DNA of 33,578 nt, taken from assembly GCA_052055015.1 (NCBI GenBank), contig JBQJIT010000079.1; one strand, 5' to 3'. The position numbers and the translations under genes are program-made. Below the pieces are notes generated by a model. It was not told the origin of the DNA, made no database searches, and saw nothing but the letters and a program-made list of their open reading frames with translations. Every line of letters begins with the position of its first letter. Position 1 is the stretch's first letter. Source of the stretch: Malassezia furfur (Eukaryota). Of the stretch, positions 9,617 through 20,747 are shown piece by piece.

Positions 9617-12145
9617 ATGGCAGCCGAGTCGATGGCCTCGACAGGTTGGCGCGCACGACGATCCTGGTTTGCGTGGGCGAGAGCAATGACGACCAACACC
9701 AAGGTTGCGTCTGCACCGACGGATTATGCGGCGCTGCAACGCCAAAACTGGATCCCGCCGAAACCAACAGAGCCGGAGCCAACGCTGCATGTGTACAACA
9801 GCCTCACGCGGTCCAAGGACCCGTTTGTGCCGATGCGCGCGCGCCACGTTACATGGTACAACTGTGGCCCGACCGTGTATGATGCGAGCCACATGGGTCA
9901 TGCGCGTAACTATGTCACGCAGGATATCATCCGGCGCATCATGCGCGACTACCTCGGCTATGACATCCAGTTTGTGATGAATATCACCGACATCGACGAC
10001 AAGATCATTGTGCGCGCGCGCCAGGCATACCTGTTGGAGCAGTTCCGTGCACAACACCCTGCTCTGACGCGTGCGCTGCTGGACGAAGTGCAAGAGGCAT
10101 GGCGCGCCTTTTTCCGCAAGACGCTGATCCGCTTTGCGCCGCCGGCGCCGCCGCACGAGACCGAGTCGGATCCCCAAGCGGCAGAGGCCGCGCGATCCGG
10201 GGAGGCCGGGTGGGAGGCTGTCGTGCGCCTCGCGGAGGACGAGGCGTGGCGAGCGAATGCCGCGCTCCAGGAGCCCAAGTTTGCGATGTGGATGCGTGCG
10301 CTGCAAACGTCACGCGAGGCACTTGTGGGTGCGGCTGTTGCCCTGGGGGCCGGCGACACGACCCCCGAGCAGGCCAAGGCACTGATCGATGCGTCCGAGG
10401 ACATTTTGAACCAGCATCTCGATAAGACACTTGGACACACGGTTGCCGACCCCGCCGTCTTTCGCAAACTTGCAGCGTACTGGGAGAATGCCTTCTTTGA
10501 GGATATGCGTCGCCTACGCGTGGAACCTCCAACGACGCTGACGCGTGTGAGCGAATTTGTGCCCGAGATTGTGCACTTTATCGAGCGTGTCGTGGCGAAT
10601 GGCTTTGCGTATGTCGACGATGCGACGCCCGAGAGCAAAAATGTGTGGTTCGACACCACAGCGTTTGACGGCAGTCCATGCGATGCCGCACACACTAACC
10701 CAAAGCATCACTACGCCAAGCTCGCGCCGTGGAGCAAGGGCAACCGCGAGCTGCTCGAAGAGGGTGAGGGGAGCCTCTCGGTGAGCTCTGCCGCGACGCA
10801 GGGCAAGCGCAATGCGGCCGACTTTGCGCTGTGGAAGCGTGCCAAGCCCGGAGAGCCCGCGTGGCCTTCGCCGTGGGGCCCTGGGCGGCCCGGCTGGCAC
10901 ATTGAGTGCAGTGTGATGGCGTCCGAGGTGTTGGGCCACCAAATCGATATCCACTCGGGCGGTGTGGACCTCATGTTCCCCCATCATGATAACGAGCTGG
11001 CCCAAAGCGAGGCGTACCACTGCAACGCGCAATGGATTAACTATTTCCTGCACACGGGTCACCTGCATATCGAAGGGCTCAAGATGAGCAAAAGCCTGAA
11101 AAACTTTATCAGCATCGACGACGCGCTGCAGCGGTTCAGCGCGCGCCAACTGCGCTTGGCGTTCCTGATGCAGCCGTGGAACGCCCGCATGGATTTCCGT
11201 GAGTCGGCCATGGCCGAAGTGCGCAGCGCCGAGACGACCTTTAACAACTTTTTCTCGAGCGTAGCGGCACTCCAACGCGAGCATCGCGCACGTGGTCCGG
11301 CGTTCTCCGACGGCCAGCATCACTATGGCACGCAAGAAAAGGCGCTCAGTGCCCACCTTGTCGACTGCCAGGTGTCGTTCCGCGCGGCGATGTGCGACAA
11401 CTTTGACACGCCCAAAGGCATCGACCTGCTGCTCCAGCTCGTGTCGCGTGCAAACGTCTACGAGCGCGGCTCAGCACGGGCGGACCTTAACGTGTCAGTG
11501 CTTGTGAATGTCGCCGAGTTCGTCGGGAGCATGTTGCGCATGTTTGGCCTAGGCGAGGGTCCTGCGACGCCGCTTGGCTGGGGCTCGACGCAGGCAAGCG
11601 GCGGCGTGGACCGCGACGAGGTGCTCATGCCCTACCTGCGTGTGCTGTCCAGCTTCCGCGACCATGTGCGCCAGCTTGCACGGGAAAATGCGCCAAGCAC
11701 GGAGCTGCTCAAGCTTGCGGACAAGCTGCGCGACATGGACCTCGTGGACCTGGGCGTCGCTCTCGAGGACCAAGAGGATGGTCGTGCCCTGGTCAAACTC
11801 GTCCCTGCCGAGCAGCTGCAGGCGCAGCGTGCCGAAAAGGAGCGGCTCCAAGCCGAAAAGGCCGCACGCAAGGCCCAGGCTGCCGAGCAGGCGCGGCAGA
11901 AGCGGCGCGAGATGCTCGAAAAGGGACGGATTGCGCCTGTCGACATGTTCCGTGCGCCGCACTACACACCAAACGCCGACGCGCCCGCATTTGGCACGTG
12001 GGACGAGCGCGGGATTCCGACGCACGACCTGCAAGGTGAGGCGATCGCCAAGAAGCGTCGCAAGAACCTCGAGAAAGAGTACGAGAAGCAGGTGAAACTG
12101 CACAACGAGTACCTGGCCGCGCGCGAGGCGGGCGAGATCGAGTAA
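9617..12145 (+). CDS. CRS1: Cysteinyl-tRNA synthetase, probably dual cytosolic/mitochondrial
   Basis: WYNCGPTVYDASHMGHARNY (HIGH-type motif), DFALWK, GRPGWHIECS, DIHSGGVDLMFPHHDNELAQSEA and KMSKS. In-frame ATGs at 9617, 9632 and 9686. Confidence 0.97.
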   Translation: MAAESMASTGWRARRSWFAWARAMTTNTKVASAPTDYAALQRQNWIPPKPTEPEPTLHVYNSLTRSKDPFVPMRARHVTWYNCGPTVYDASHMGHARNYVTQDIIRRIMRDYLGYDIQFVMNITDIDDKIIVRARQAYLLEQFRAQHPALTRALLDEVQEAWRAFFRKTLIRFAPPAPPHETESDPQAAEAARSGEAGWEAVVRLAEDEAWRANAALQEPKFAMWMRALQTSREALVGAAVALGAGDTTPEQAKALIDASEDILNQHLDKTLGHTVADPAVFRKLAAYWENAFFEDMRRLRVEPPTTLTRVSEFVPEIVHFIERVVANGFAYVDDATPESKNVWFDTTAFDGSPCDAAHTNPKHHYAKLAPWSKGNRELLEEGEGSLSVSSAATQGKRNAADFALWKRAKPGEPAWPSPWGPGRPGWHIECSVMASEVLGHQIDIHSGGVDLMFPHHDNELAQSEAYHCNAQWINYFLHTGHLHIEGLKMSKSLKNFISIDDALQRFSARQLRLAFLMQPWNARMDFRESAMAEVRSAETTFNNFFSSVAALQREHRARGPAFSDGQHHYGTQEKALSAHLVDCQVSFRAAMCDNFDTPKGIDLLLQLVSRANVYERGSARADLNVSVLVNVAEFVGSMLRMFGLGEGPATPLGWGSTQASGGVDRDEVLMPYLRVLSSFRDHVRQLARENAPSTELLKLADKLRDMDLVDLGVALEDQEDGRALVKLVPAEQLQAQRAEKERLQAEKAARKAQAAEQARQKRREMLEKGRIAPVDMFRAPHYTPNADAPAFGTWDERGIPTHDLQGEAIAKKRRKNLEKEYEKQVKLHNEYLAAREAGEIE

Positions 12146-12159
12146 TGTAGCTAAAAAGA

Positions 12160-13057
12160 CTACGCGCGCAGATGGATGCGCATCAGCGAGGTGCCCGCAC
12201 GGTTGTACGCCTGGCGTCGCGCCGGATCGTCGTCCTCCACATGGGTATACGTAAAATGCTTTTTGAGCATGGCAAAGAACCGCTTGTCGGCCTGGTGTGA
12301 GCAAGAGGGACGAAAGGGGAAGCGACATACCCTGCGCCTTTTGTGGTAGCTAAAGAGGATTTCGGTGTGCGGCGTAGCTAGCGCGACCATTGTGTCGACC
12401 AAAGGCTGAAACGCCTCTTCACGGTACACGCAGTCGGCGAGCAGCAGGACATCCGGTTTAGGCGGGACATCCGATGGGATCGGCTCACCCCTGGATGTGA
12501 GTGCGAGGAACATACCAGTTCAGCTCGGCGATCCGGCACTCGTCAACCATTTGGCCACGGTTGAGCGCCGCATTCTCCTCCATCAATGGAAGCATCGGCA
12601 CCTGGTCGGTGATCCACGTCGTTGCTCCACACCCCAGCTCGGCCACCAGGAAGCCCACGAGGCCCGTACCACTCCCGAGCTCGACGATCGACTTGCCGCG
12701 CCACGGGTGCGTCGCGGGAGTGGTATGCGTGCGCGTCATCATCGAAGCGATGTACGCGCCGAGCACCTCGGCGGCAGGCCATATGGTTCCGCCACACCCA
12801 CTCGTCATGTCGAGCTTGAGCGCAATGGCATACGCGAGCTCCTTGTCGCAAGGTGCGTCCGCCGACGCGTCTGGGGCCGTGTCGCGTTCGATCGACGTGA
12901 CGGGTGCCTTGGTGCCATCCTGGAAGTAGGTAATTACCGCGCGCTGCCCAATAATCGACGGCTGTTGCTCTGGGAAGAGCGCCTCGCCTGTGGCCGGCTC
13001 AGCGTCAGGCGAAGGCGAGCGCGAATCGGCCCTGCCGAACAGCCATTCCGCGTCCAT
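12160..13057 (-). CDS. EFM6: Protein-lysine N-methyltransferase, METTL21/Efm6 family; exons 13057-12516, 12490-12331, 12291-12160
   Basis: GCGGTIWPAAEVL, SAM motif IVELGSGTGLVG, ITDQ, LNW|G, LLADCVY and YHKRRR|ADKRFF. Introns 12491-12515 and 12292-12330 have GTATGT donors and CTCAC branch sites. Confidence 0.9.
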
Positions 13058-13155
13058 CGCCGCCAAGACAAAGCCACGTGAGTGTGGAGGCCAAGGGCCA
13101 GAGCCACCTCGGATGCAGGGGCGGTGCGCCTTTTGCCCTCCGCACCGCTCACGCG

Positions 13156-16100
13156 ATGGCTGCGCCTCCGCGCGCGGACGCTGCGGCGCCAACAGATACA
13201 CAGCAGAGTGCGGCGCAGCCGCATCCACCCACGGTCGGTCAGACATCGCATGCAAGCACGTCACTCCATCTACCGCCTCCCCCCGCGCGACCCGTGCGGG
13301 CGCAGAGCGACTACGGACCGGTGCTCCAAGAGGCTCCGCCGCCGCCGCCGAAAACGGGCATCACACATGTGCGTGACCGGTCACTGCAGGAGCCCGGGCC
13401 GGGCACATCGGTGCCACCGTCGTACTTGGGCCGCAGCGTGCCGCCCCACGTCAATGTGACCCAGGCGTCGCAGGCCAGCACCAGTTCGTTGCCGCCGGCG
13501 CTGCGCCCGCTGGACCTGCGTACCTTGTCCAAGTCGCTGCCTGGGCAATCAGCGCCGCCCCAGGACTACTTCTCGCCGCATCCCGCGCGCCCCGAGTGGA
13601 GTTACGAGCCGTCGCGCGGCACGCCGGACACATGGATCGCGGAGCGTCCACGCGAGATGGTATCGACGCCGCTGGTGCTCACGCCCGAAACGGGCGTTTC
13701 TGAGCGGGCAGGTGTAACCAGTGCACGCGAGATGGGGCACAAACCCTCTTCCTCCGTGCCGAGCCTGCCGCAGCTCCCCGAAGGTGCGGTGCCGGCACCG
13801 CCGGATGCCTATCTCCAGGCACCTCTACACGATGCGCACGCCGAGGCACCCGAACGCGCAGCGTATGTACCTCCTCCGCGCCACCCGGCATCAGCGTCGG
13901 CGTCTGAGCGAGTTGTTCCCCCGCGCCCAGCAGACAAGGCGCCGCGGCCGCCCGCGCCGTCGCTCATGGCGCCGGCCATGCCAATGCGGCGCACCGTATC
14001 GGACGCCCCGCCCGAGCGTGCTATGCCCAGCCTGCCTCAGACAATGCCTCAGCCTGGGACGCCCGGTGGTCCCGTGCGTCCGCGCATCGAGATCCCACCC
14101 ATGCCGCCCATGACACAGCAGGCCCGCCCGGTGACGGCTTCGGTTGCCACGCCGCGAACTGAGGCGATGCCGAATACAGAGTCGATTGCTGGGACGCGAC
14201 GGCGTGGCTTTGAGGTGCCGCCGACACCTGAAACACCGGGGACGGTGCGTCCTGGCCCGATTTCACTGCCGACGCCCACGGTCGACCGCGTGCGCGGCCC
14301 TTTTTCCCCCAGCGGTGAGCCGATGCATCACCCGCTGCCTACGCCCATTACCGAGACGGCGCGAGGGCCCTATACGCCTGCGCATGAGGTGCCTCGCGCG
14401 GTGCCCGAACACCCGCGTGCGCCTGTGTTGGCGGCCGGCGAGGCACCGCTTGGGGCCTTTTCCTCCGGCGAGGGGCCGTCGGGTGTCATGCGGCAGGCGA
14501 TACCGTCGGGCGCTTCCCTGACGGGCTCGTCGCCTACGGGATCGCCGGCGCGCAGTGCCCGGACGCCGTCGTCGGCGCACTCGCTGAGCGCGTCGGCGTC
14601 ACTGGCGTCTGGCTTACCGATCGGCGCAGCATCGGCGGGTGCGTCGGGGCCTTCGGCGCCGTCGCACCTGTCAAGTTCAATGTTCGGTCCGTCGTCGATG
14701 CGCACCGTGGACAACTCCGATACCCCCACCATCTCTACCGCGAGCAGCAGCCAGGGCGGTAGCAGCGATGATGACGATGAGGACGATGACCTTGCTGCCG
14801 ACGACTCGAGCAGCGAAGACGAAGGAAACGACACGTTGCCCGACACGACGCTCACCACTCCATCGGAGGCGACAGACCCGAATGCGCAAGACGAGATGCT
14901 GGACCCGGTGCAGGTAAACCGGTTGCCCCCCTTCCCGTTGGTACCATGCGACATTCCGTTTAAGTCGATGGTGCATGCGGGCGACTTGTTTGGGCGCCTA
15001 TTTGCCGTGGCCAAGCATGACAAGATTCGTGTGATGGTACGCGGCGAGGGCCCCAACGGGTACACGGAAAAGGTCTTTGCACAGGGCGCTGAGCACTACG
15101 CGGCAATCGGCAGCCCCACGAACCTCTCGGCGACCTCGCGCGAGTTCCGCACGACGATGCTTGCCTTCTGTCCGCCGATTGCTGTTACGCCGCCGGGCGA
15201 TTCTGCCGTGGTGCCAAGTGAAGCCGGTGCCTTCGCATGGTACGGCACGACAAACGGCAACGTTGGCGAGTTCAATGTGCACACGGGACAGCTCACTGCA
15301 GTGCGTACCAACATCCACAAAGAGCGCATCTGCCTGCTGCAGCGCGTGGGCCATGCGATGCTAATTGTCGACGAGAGCGGCAAGATCTCGGCGTGGGTAC
15401 CGCGTCACGGTCGGCCACTCAGCCTCGCGCACACAACGCCGCACAGTCAGCGGATCACGCTGCCCAAGCATTCGTACGTGGCGCTCGTCGGCGACCAGCT
15501 GTGGGTGTGCACGGTGGCCATGTCGCCCAAGTCGAACACGATGCCCGTAACGCAAAAGACGCTGTACATGCGCATCTACAATCCGATCGCCGATGACCGC
15601 CCCTTTAATGCGCTCACACAACCCCTCACCCTGCCGCTCACCAAGGAGAACGGGGTGGGGAGCGTAACCTGCTTCGCAGTGGTACCCGAATACCGCAACA
15701 CGGTCTTTTTCGGGCACGACTCGGGGCACATTAGCGTGTGGACGATTGATGCGCCGGCGTGCACCGACGTGCACCGCATGTGTACGCACCCCATAACTGC
15801 CATGACAGGCATCAACTCGATGCTGTGGATCGGCACCCGCTCGGGGCACATTACGCTCTACGACGTGCGCATGCCCGTGTGGCGCGCGGCAAAGCGCTGG
15901 CGAGCGCATCGCGACGCGGTCGCCTTCTTGCTGATCGACCGCTACGGCATCGACCCCCGCAAGCAGGAGCTGGGGGTGTGCAGCGTGGGCTACGACAACT
16001 TTGCGCACTTCTGGGACGCCTTCCTGACGGACGACTGGACAGACAATGAGCTTCGCAAGCTCTCGCAGACCTTTTCGACGCCGCGTACGCTGCGCGTGCT

Positions 16101-17268
16101 CGAGCTGACGTACAATATCGGAGCGGCGTCCCCGTCGAGTCTGTTTGGCCTGGTGGACAACATGGAGCTGTTCCAGCGCGTGCTACGCAACTCATGTGCG
16201 TTCAGTGCGCCGAGCGAGAGTGCCGCAAACGAGTACTGCGATGCGTACAACTCACCGGACATTATTGTCTTTGGCTTCCAGGAGCTGATCGATCTCGAGG
16301 ACAAGAGACTGACGGCCAAGCGCCTGCTGCTCGGCAACCGGCGGCGCGAGCGCAAAGACTTTGACAACAATATCTCGTCGCAGCACAAGGCGTGGCATGA
16401 CCAGCTCGTCAACTTTGTGCGCCTCGTGCTTCCGCCCGAGGCGCCCTACTCGGTGCTTTTATCCGAGAGCATGGTCGGCCTGTTCTCCATGGTGTTTGTC
16501 AAAGCGAACCTCCGCGAACACACGCGCGACCAAATGAGCTACCAGGTCAAGACGGGGCTTGGCGGGCACTACGGCAACAAAGGCGCGCTCGTATCGCGCT
16601 TCGTGGCGTACGACACCTCGTTCTGCTTCATCAACTGCCACCTCGCTGCGGGCCAGCGCAACGTGCGCCAGCGCAACTCGGACATCGGCGTAATTCTGCA
16701 GTCGTCGTTCCCCGTGGCTCCGCCCCATACCCGCAGCCTCGCTTACACGCGTGGTGGTGACGGCACGCTGATCGGCGACCACGAGATCTGCTTTATTGCA
16801 GGCGACCTTAACTACCGTATCGACTTGAGCCGCGAGGCGGCGCTCAGTCTCGTGCGCGAGCAGCGTTTTGACGAGCTCACTGCGGCCGATCAGCTCCTCA
16901 ACGAGCTGCGTTCCAACCTTACATTGCAGCTGCGCGGCTTCCAAGAGGCGCCTATCCACTTTCCGCCCACATACAAGTTCAACCGGCGCTCCAACGACTG
17001 GGACTCCTCGGAAAAGGCCCGTGTCCCGGCGTACTGCGACCGGATCCTCTGGCGCGGATCTACGTCTGACGCGGTGCAGTGCACCTCGTACAAACGCTGG
17101 GACGCCACCATCTCGGACCACCGGCCCGTCTCGGCCACGTTCCGCGTGCGCACCAAGGCTATCGACTCGGCACGCTTCGAGCAGGCCACACAAAAGGTGG
17201 ACGCCGAGTGTGCCGTATACAAACAGCGCGTGCTCCACGACACGCTCACCTACTTTCTTTCTTTGTAG
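13156..17268 (+). CDS. Inositol polyphosphate 5-phosphatase with a Pro-rich N-terminus, a WD40-like propeller region and a C-terminal IPPc domain
   Basis: PDIIVFGFQE, KTGLGGHYGNKGA, SFCFINCHLAAGQ, GDLNYRI, PPTYKF, PAYCDRIL and SDHRPV. The central region has propeller-like GH..GHISVW and GHITLYD segments. Confidence 0.93.
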   Translation: MAAPPRADAAAPTDTQQSAAQPHPPTVGQTSHASTSLHLPPPPARPVRAQSDYGPVLQEAPPPPPKTGITHVRDRSLQEPGPGTSVPPSYLGRSVPPHVNVTQASQASTSSLPPALRPLDLRTLSKSLPGQSAPPQDYFSPHPARPEWSYEPSRGTPDTWIAERPREMVSTPLVLTPETGVSERAGVTSAREMGHKPSSSVPSLPQLPEGAVPAPPDAYLQAPLHDAHAEAPERAAYVPPPRHPASASASERVVPPRPADKAPRPPAPSLMAPAMPMRRTVSDAPPERAMPSLPQTMPQPGTPGGPVRPRIEIPPMPPMTQQARPVTASVATPRTEAMPNTESIAGTRRRGFEVPPTPETPGTVRPGPISLPTPTVDRVRGPFSPSGEPMHHPLPTPITETARGPYTPAHEVPRAVPEHPRAPVLAAGEAPLGAFSSGEGPSGVMRQAIPSGASLTGSSPTGSPARSARTPSSAHSLSASASLASGLPIGAASAGASGPSAPSHLSSSMFGPSSMRTVDNSDTPTISTASSSQGGSSDDDDEDDDLAADDSSSEDEGNDTLPDTTLTTPSEATDPNAQDEMLDPVQVNRLPPFPLVPCDIPFKSMVHAGDLFGRLFAVAKHDKIRVMVRGEGPNGYTEKVFAQGAEHYAAIGSPTNLSATSREFRTTMLAFCPPIAVTPPGDSAVVPSEAGAFAWYGTTNGNVGEFNVHTGQLTAVRTNIHKERICLLQRVGHAMLIVDESGKISAWVPRHGRPLSLAHTTPHSQRITLPKHSYVALVGDQLWVCTVAMSPKSNTMPVTQKTLYMRIYNPIADDRPFNALTQPLTLPLTKENGVGSVTCFAVVPEYRNTVFFGHDSGHISVWTIDAPACTDVHRMCTHPITAMTGINSMLWIGTRSGHITLYDVRMPVWRAAKRWRAHRDAVAFLLIDRYGIDPRKQELGVCSVGYDNFAHFWDAFLTDDWTDNELRKLSQTFSTPRTLRVLELTYNIGAASPSSLFGLVDNMELFQRVLRNSCAFSAPSESAANEYCDAYNSPDIIVFGFQELIDLEDKRLTAKRLLLGNRRRERKDFDNNISSQHKAWHDQLVNFVRLVLPPEAPYSVLLSESMVGLFSMVFVKANLREHTRDQMSYQVKTGLGGHYGNKGALVSRFVAYDTSFCFINCHLAAGQRNVRQRNSDIGVILQSSFPVAPPHTRSLAYTRGGDGTLIGDHEICFIAGDLNYRIDLSREAALSLVREQRFDELTAADQLLNELRSNLTLQLRGFQEAPIHFPPTYKFNRRSNDWDSSEKARVPAYCDRILWRGSTSDAVQCTSYKRWDATISDHRPVSATFRVRTKAIDSARFEQATQKVDAECAVYKQRVLHDTLTYFLSL

Positions 17269-17381
17269 CGCACACATGCAGTTTTACCCCTCCTTCACGC
17301 ACACGCACGGGCACGCACGCCGCCTGGGCGCGTAGAGTGCTAAAAGTGGGGAAGCCATTTACTATATTCGTCCGCCTTTAC

Positions 17382-18293
17382 TTACAGGTTCGGCTTCGAG
17401 TCCACCGAGTCGCTCTTCTTCGGCGCCGAAATGTACGAGCCCTTGGCGTCGCGCTTGTCGCAACGCGCAATGCCGTCCTCATCGCGGTACACACCAAGCT
17501 CAATCAGCTTGGCAAACACCTTGGCAAAGTCATCGAAGAACAACTTTTGGTCGGCTGCGTACTTCTCCACCCACGGACGGAACTTGTCGTCCTGGATCAG
17601 CGCATAGTCCGTCGGGAGCATCATGAGGGGCTCGTCGTCCTCGTCCATGCCAGGCGCACGGGCCGAGTATTGGAAGGGACCGTCCCAATTGCGCGGCTCC
17701 CACTTGAGCTGGAGCAGCAGCTTGTAGTATTGGTTCGAGAACCGCGTCGGGTTGATCGACCAGGGACCGTCAAAGCCCGAGCGGTCCGAGTGGCAACGGC
17801 CGAGGTTGTGCGCACCCGAGAGCGCGACAATCTCCTGGTCGTTGAAGCCCATACGGTAGAAGATGTGGCGCAGGTGGTCGGCGGCCAGCGCACCATCGGG
17901 CAAACGGCCGCGCGGCGGAAGGTATTTCGTGTTGGCAAAGTCAGTGCGGCCGGGCTTCCACTCAATCTCAGGGCCGCCCATCGCCTTCACCGCCGTCACA
18001 CCGGCAAGCGTCCAAAGATCAGCGTACGAAATCCAGTCGTGCTTCTTCTTGATCGGCTCAAGGAAAACGCGCGCGTGCTGCAGGCCCGCATTGGCAGGGT
18101 CGCCACCCTCCTCCTCGTAGCGCATGCCAGCACCGTTCGAGCCACCGGTGTCATCCTCCTTGCTGTAGGTACCGCTAGCGTGCCAAGCAAGGCGGAGAAC
18201 AACAGGACCGATAGAGCCATCGTCGTAGTCCTTGTTCTTCAGGATGGCAACAACATCCTTGCGGACAGCATCAAAGTCACCAGGCTTAGACAT
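17382..18293 (-). CDS. CCP2: Heme peroxidase of the cytochrome c peroxidase family without a mitochondrial presequence (CCP2 type)
   Basis: [15 protein letters not shown] (distal R/W/H), [33 protein letters not shown] (proximal His), SGFDGPW and LMMLPTD. Confidence 0.93.
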   Translation of the reverse strand: MSKPGDFDAVRKDVVAILKNKDYDDGSIGPVVLRLAWHASGTYSKEDDTGGSNGAGMRYEEEGGDPANAGLQHARVFLEPIKKKHDWISYADLWTLAGVTAVKAMGGPEIEWKPGRTDFANTKYLPPRGRLPDGALAADHLRHIFYRMGFNDQEIVALSGAHNLGRCHSDRSGFDGPWSINPTRFSNQYYKLLLQLKWEPRNWDGPFQYSARAPGMDEDDEPLMMLPTDYALIQDDKFRPWVEKYAADQKLFFDDFAKVFAKLIELGVYRDEDGIARCDKRDAKGSYISAPKKSDSVDSKPNL

Positions 18294-18481
18294 CGTAGGT
18301 TAGGGTCTTGGTGGCGAAGTGGGGAAATCGGCGCAGCCGGTCAGCTTTATGCCGGTCGCCACCTCGGCCTATCAGGTGCCAGCCATTACCACGGAGCGAA
18401 ACCTGTCGAATTCGGCCGAAACTGGTCCCGTGGAAGCGCTCGTGCCAGCCTTGGCGGTCCGCACGGCGCGGTACCAGCACC

Positions 18482-19450
18482 ATGTTCTCACGGACGTCCA
18501 CGACCCTCCGTCGATTGCTTCAGACCGCTTCTCATCTGCAGAACCCCGGAAGCACAAGTAAAATGACCTCTGTTCAGGATATTCAGCCCCGTGTGATCGG
18601 TGCGCCCAACACGCTCGACTACCGCGTTTACCTCGAGTCGAAGTCGACCGGTCTCCCGCTCTCGCCTTTCCACGATGTGCCGCTGTACGCGGACGAGGCG
18701 AACGGCATCTTGAACTTCATCGTTGAGATCCCCCGCTGGACGAACGCTAAGGTGGAGATCAGCAAGGAGGAGCCGATGAACCCCTTCCTGCAGGACACCA
18801 AGAAGGGCAAGCTGCGCTTTGTGCGCAACTCCTTCCCGCACAAGGGCTACATCTGGAACTATGGTGCCTTCCCCCAGACTTGGGAGGACCCTAGCTTCAC
18901 CCACCCCGACACCAAGGCCGCCGGTGACGACGATCCGCTCGACGTCGTCGAGATCGGCGAGCAGGTCGGCTACACGGGCCAGATCAAGCAGGTCAAGGTG
19001 CTCGGTGTGATGGCCCTGCTCGACGAGGGCGAGACCGACTGGAAGGTGATCGTGATCGACGTCAACGACCCGCTTGCGCCCAAGCTGAACGACATCGAAG
19101 ACGTTGAGCGTCACCTGCCGGGCCTGATCCGTGCCACGAACGAGTGGTTCCGCATCTACAAAATCCCCGACGGCAAGCCGGAGAACCAGTTTGCGTTCTC
19201 TGGTGAGGCCAAGAACCGTGCGTACGCGCTGGAGGTGATCCACGAGTGCCACGAGGCGTGGCGCCGCCTGATCACGGGCCAGGCCAACGCTGGCGACGTC
19301 AAGATCGAGAACTCGACGGTGCACGGCAGCAAGAACCTCGTGTCGCCTAGCGACGCGGTCGTCACCTCGATCCCCGCCGCAGCCCCCAAGCCTCCGGCGC
19401 CGATCGACCCCAGCATCGACAAGTGGTTCTTCATCTCGTCGTCGAACTAG
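18482..19450 (+). CDS. IPP1: Family I inorganic pyrophosphatase, with alternative start at 18563
   Basis: [52 protein letters not shown] and [14 protein letters not shown]. Confidence 0.97.
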   Translation: MFSRTSTTLRRLLQTASHLQNPGSTSKMTSVQDIQPRVIGAPNTLDYRVYLESKSTGLPLSPFHDVPLYADEANGILNFIVEIPRWTNAKVEISKEEPMNPFLQDTKKGKLRFVRNSFPHKGYIWNYGAFPQTWEDPSFTHPDTKAAGDDDPLDVVEIGEQVGYTGQIKQVKVLGVMALLDEGETDWKVIVIDVNDPLAPKLNDIEDVERHLPGLIRATNEWFRIYKIPDGKPENQFAFSGEAKNRAYALEVIHECHEAWRRLITGQANAGDVKIENSTVHGSKNLVSPSDAVVTSIPAAAPKPPAPIDPSIDKWFFISSSN

Positions 19451-19484
19451 ATAGGTATACATCGTCTAGCCCTAACGTATGCAC

Positions 19485-20603
19485 CTATGCACGGTACAGA
19501 GCCCGCTTGGCCACCTTGGCCACAATCTCCGGGGTAGGGAACGACGCACTCTCAAGGTTCTTGGCGTACGGAGTAGGGAGGTCCGCGCCCGTCACACGCT
19601 CCACGGGCGCATCGAGATAGTCGAACGCCTCCGTCTCCATGATCTGCGCACAGATCTCGCTACCGAGACCGAACGCAGGGAAACCACCCTCGATCGTGAC
19701 AAGGCGGTTGGTCTTCTTCACGCTCTTGACCACCGAATCGATGTCGAGCGGGCGGATCGAACGCAGGTTGATCACCTCGGCGGAGATACCCTCCTTTTCC
19801 AGCTCCTTGGCGGCGTTCAGCGCGTGCCGCACGCCGATGCTGTGCGACACCAGCGTCACGTCCTTGCCTTCACGCATGATCTTGGCCTTGCCGATTGGCA
19901 CCACAAAGTTGTCCGAGAGCGCCTCCTGGTCGATAGGGAAAGACTCGCCGTAGAGAATCTCGTTCTCCAGGCACACCACGGGGTTCGGGTCACGAATCGC
20001 TGCCTTTAGCAGGCCACGCGCATCCTCCGAGTCGAAGGGACTGACCACCTTGATACCAGGCAGCTGGCCATACCACGATGTGTAGTCCTGCGAGTGCTGA
20101 GCGGCAACACCCGCCGCGGCACCGTTCGGGCCACGGAACACGATCGAGCAGGTCACACCACCACCTGACATGTAGTGCGTCTTGCCAGCCGAGTTGACGA
20201 TTTGATCAATGGCCTGCATGGCAAAGTTGAACGTCATGAACTCGCAGATCGGCTTGAGACCCGCAAAGGCCGCACCGACGGCCAGACCACAGAAGCCCGC
20301 CTCGGTAATGGGCGTGTCCACAACACGGTCCTCGCCGAACTTGTCCAGTAGACCCTTGGTAACCTTGTATGCACCGTTGTAGCGCGCAACCTCCTCACCG
20401 AGGAGGAACACACGCTGGTCGCGGGCCATCTCTTCTTCCATGGCCGAGTTGAGCGCATCACGCACGGTGATCTCCTCGCCCTTGGACTCGCTAGCGAACG
20501 CACGGCAGGCCATAGGCATGGCACGGATTGCTGTCGGGCGCACGGCGGCGCGCAGCACGCCAGCGCGCATCAAGCTTGTGTTACGGGTCACCGCGCCGAA
20601 CAT
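19485..20603 (-). CDS. PDB1: Pyruvate dehydrogenase E1 beta subunit, mitochondrial
   Basis: [66 protein letters not shown] and [15 protein letters not shown]; Arg-rich presequence from ATG 20603. Confidence 0.97.
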   Translation of the reverse strand: MFGAVTRNTSLMRAGVLRAAVRPTAIRAMPMACRAFASESKGEEITVRDALNSAMEEEMARDQRVFLLGEEVARYNGAYKVTKGLLDKFGEDRVVDTPITEAGFCGLAVGAAFAGLKPICEFMTFNFAMQAIDQIVNSAGKTHYMSGGGVTCSIVFRGPNGAAAGVAAQHSQDYTSWYGQLPGIKVVSPFDSEDARGLLKAAIRDPNPVVCLENEILYGESFPIDQEALSDNFVVPIGKAKIMREGKDVTLVSHSIGVRHALNAAKELEKEGISAEVINLRSIRPLDIDSVVKSVKKTNRLVTIEGGFPAFGLGSEICAQIMETEAFDYLDAPVERVTGADLPTPYAKNLESASFPTPEIVAKVAKRALYRA

Positions 20604-20747
20604 GAGGGAAATATCGACAGACGTTGGGATTTCCCAACGACTGGCCCGCGCCCTGGGAATAGGCCCGATTGCACCGCGTGGCTGTAGACACAAACCCGAA
20701 AATCGGGCCCTGCGTTCGCCAGCACCTCCAGGACGTCTCCGTGAAGG

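Noticed and set aside
18297..18306. Telomere-like GGTTAGGG just upstream of CCP2, and CCCTAA near 19471 and 22400
   Set aside because: Single isolated hexamers with no array; not distinguishable from chance.
17079..18566. 495-aa plus-strand ORF over CCP2, and similar shadows over IPP1, RTS1 and the TEA gene
   Set aside because: Antisense or alternate-frame artefacts of high GC at third positions; the conserved protein is in another frame.
17382..20603. CCP2-IPP1-PDB1 as a functional metabolic gene cluster
   Set aside because: Unrelated housekeeping pathways; adjacency is explained by genome compaction.
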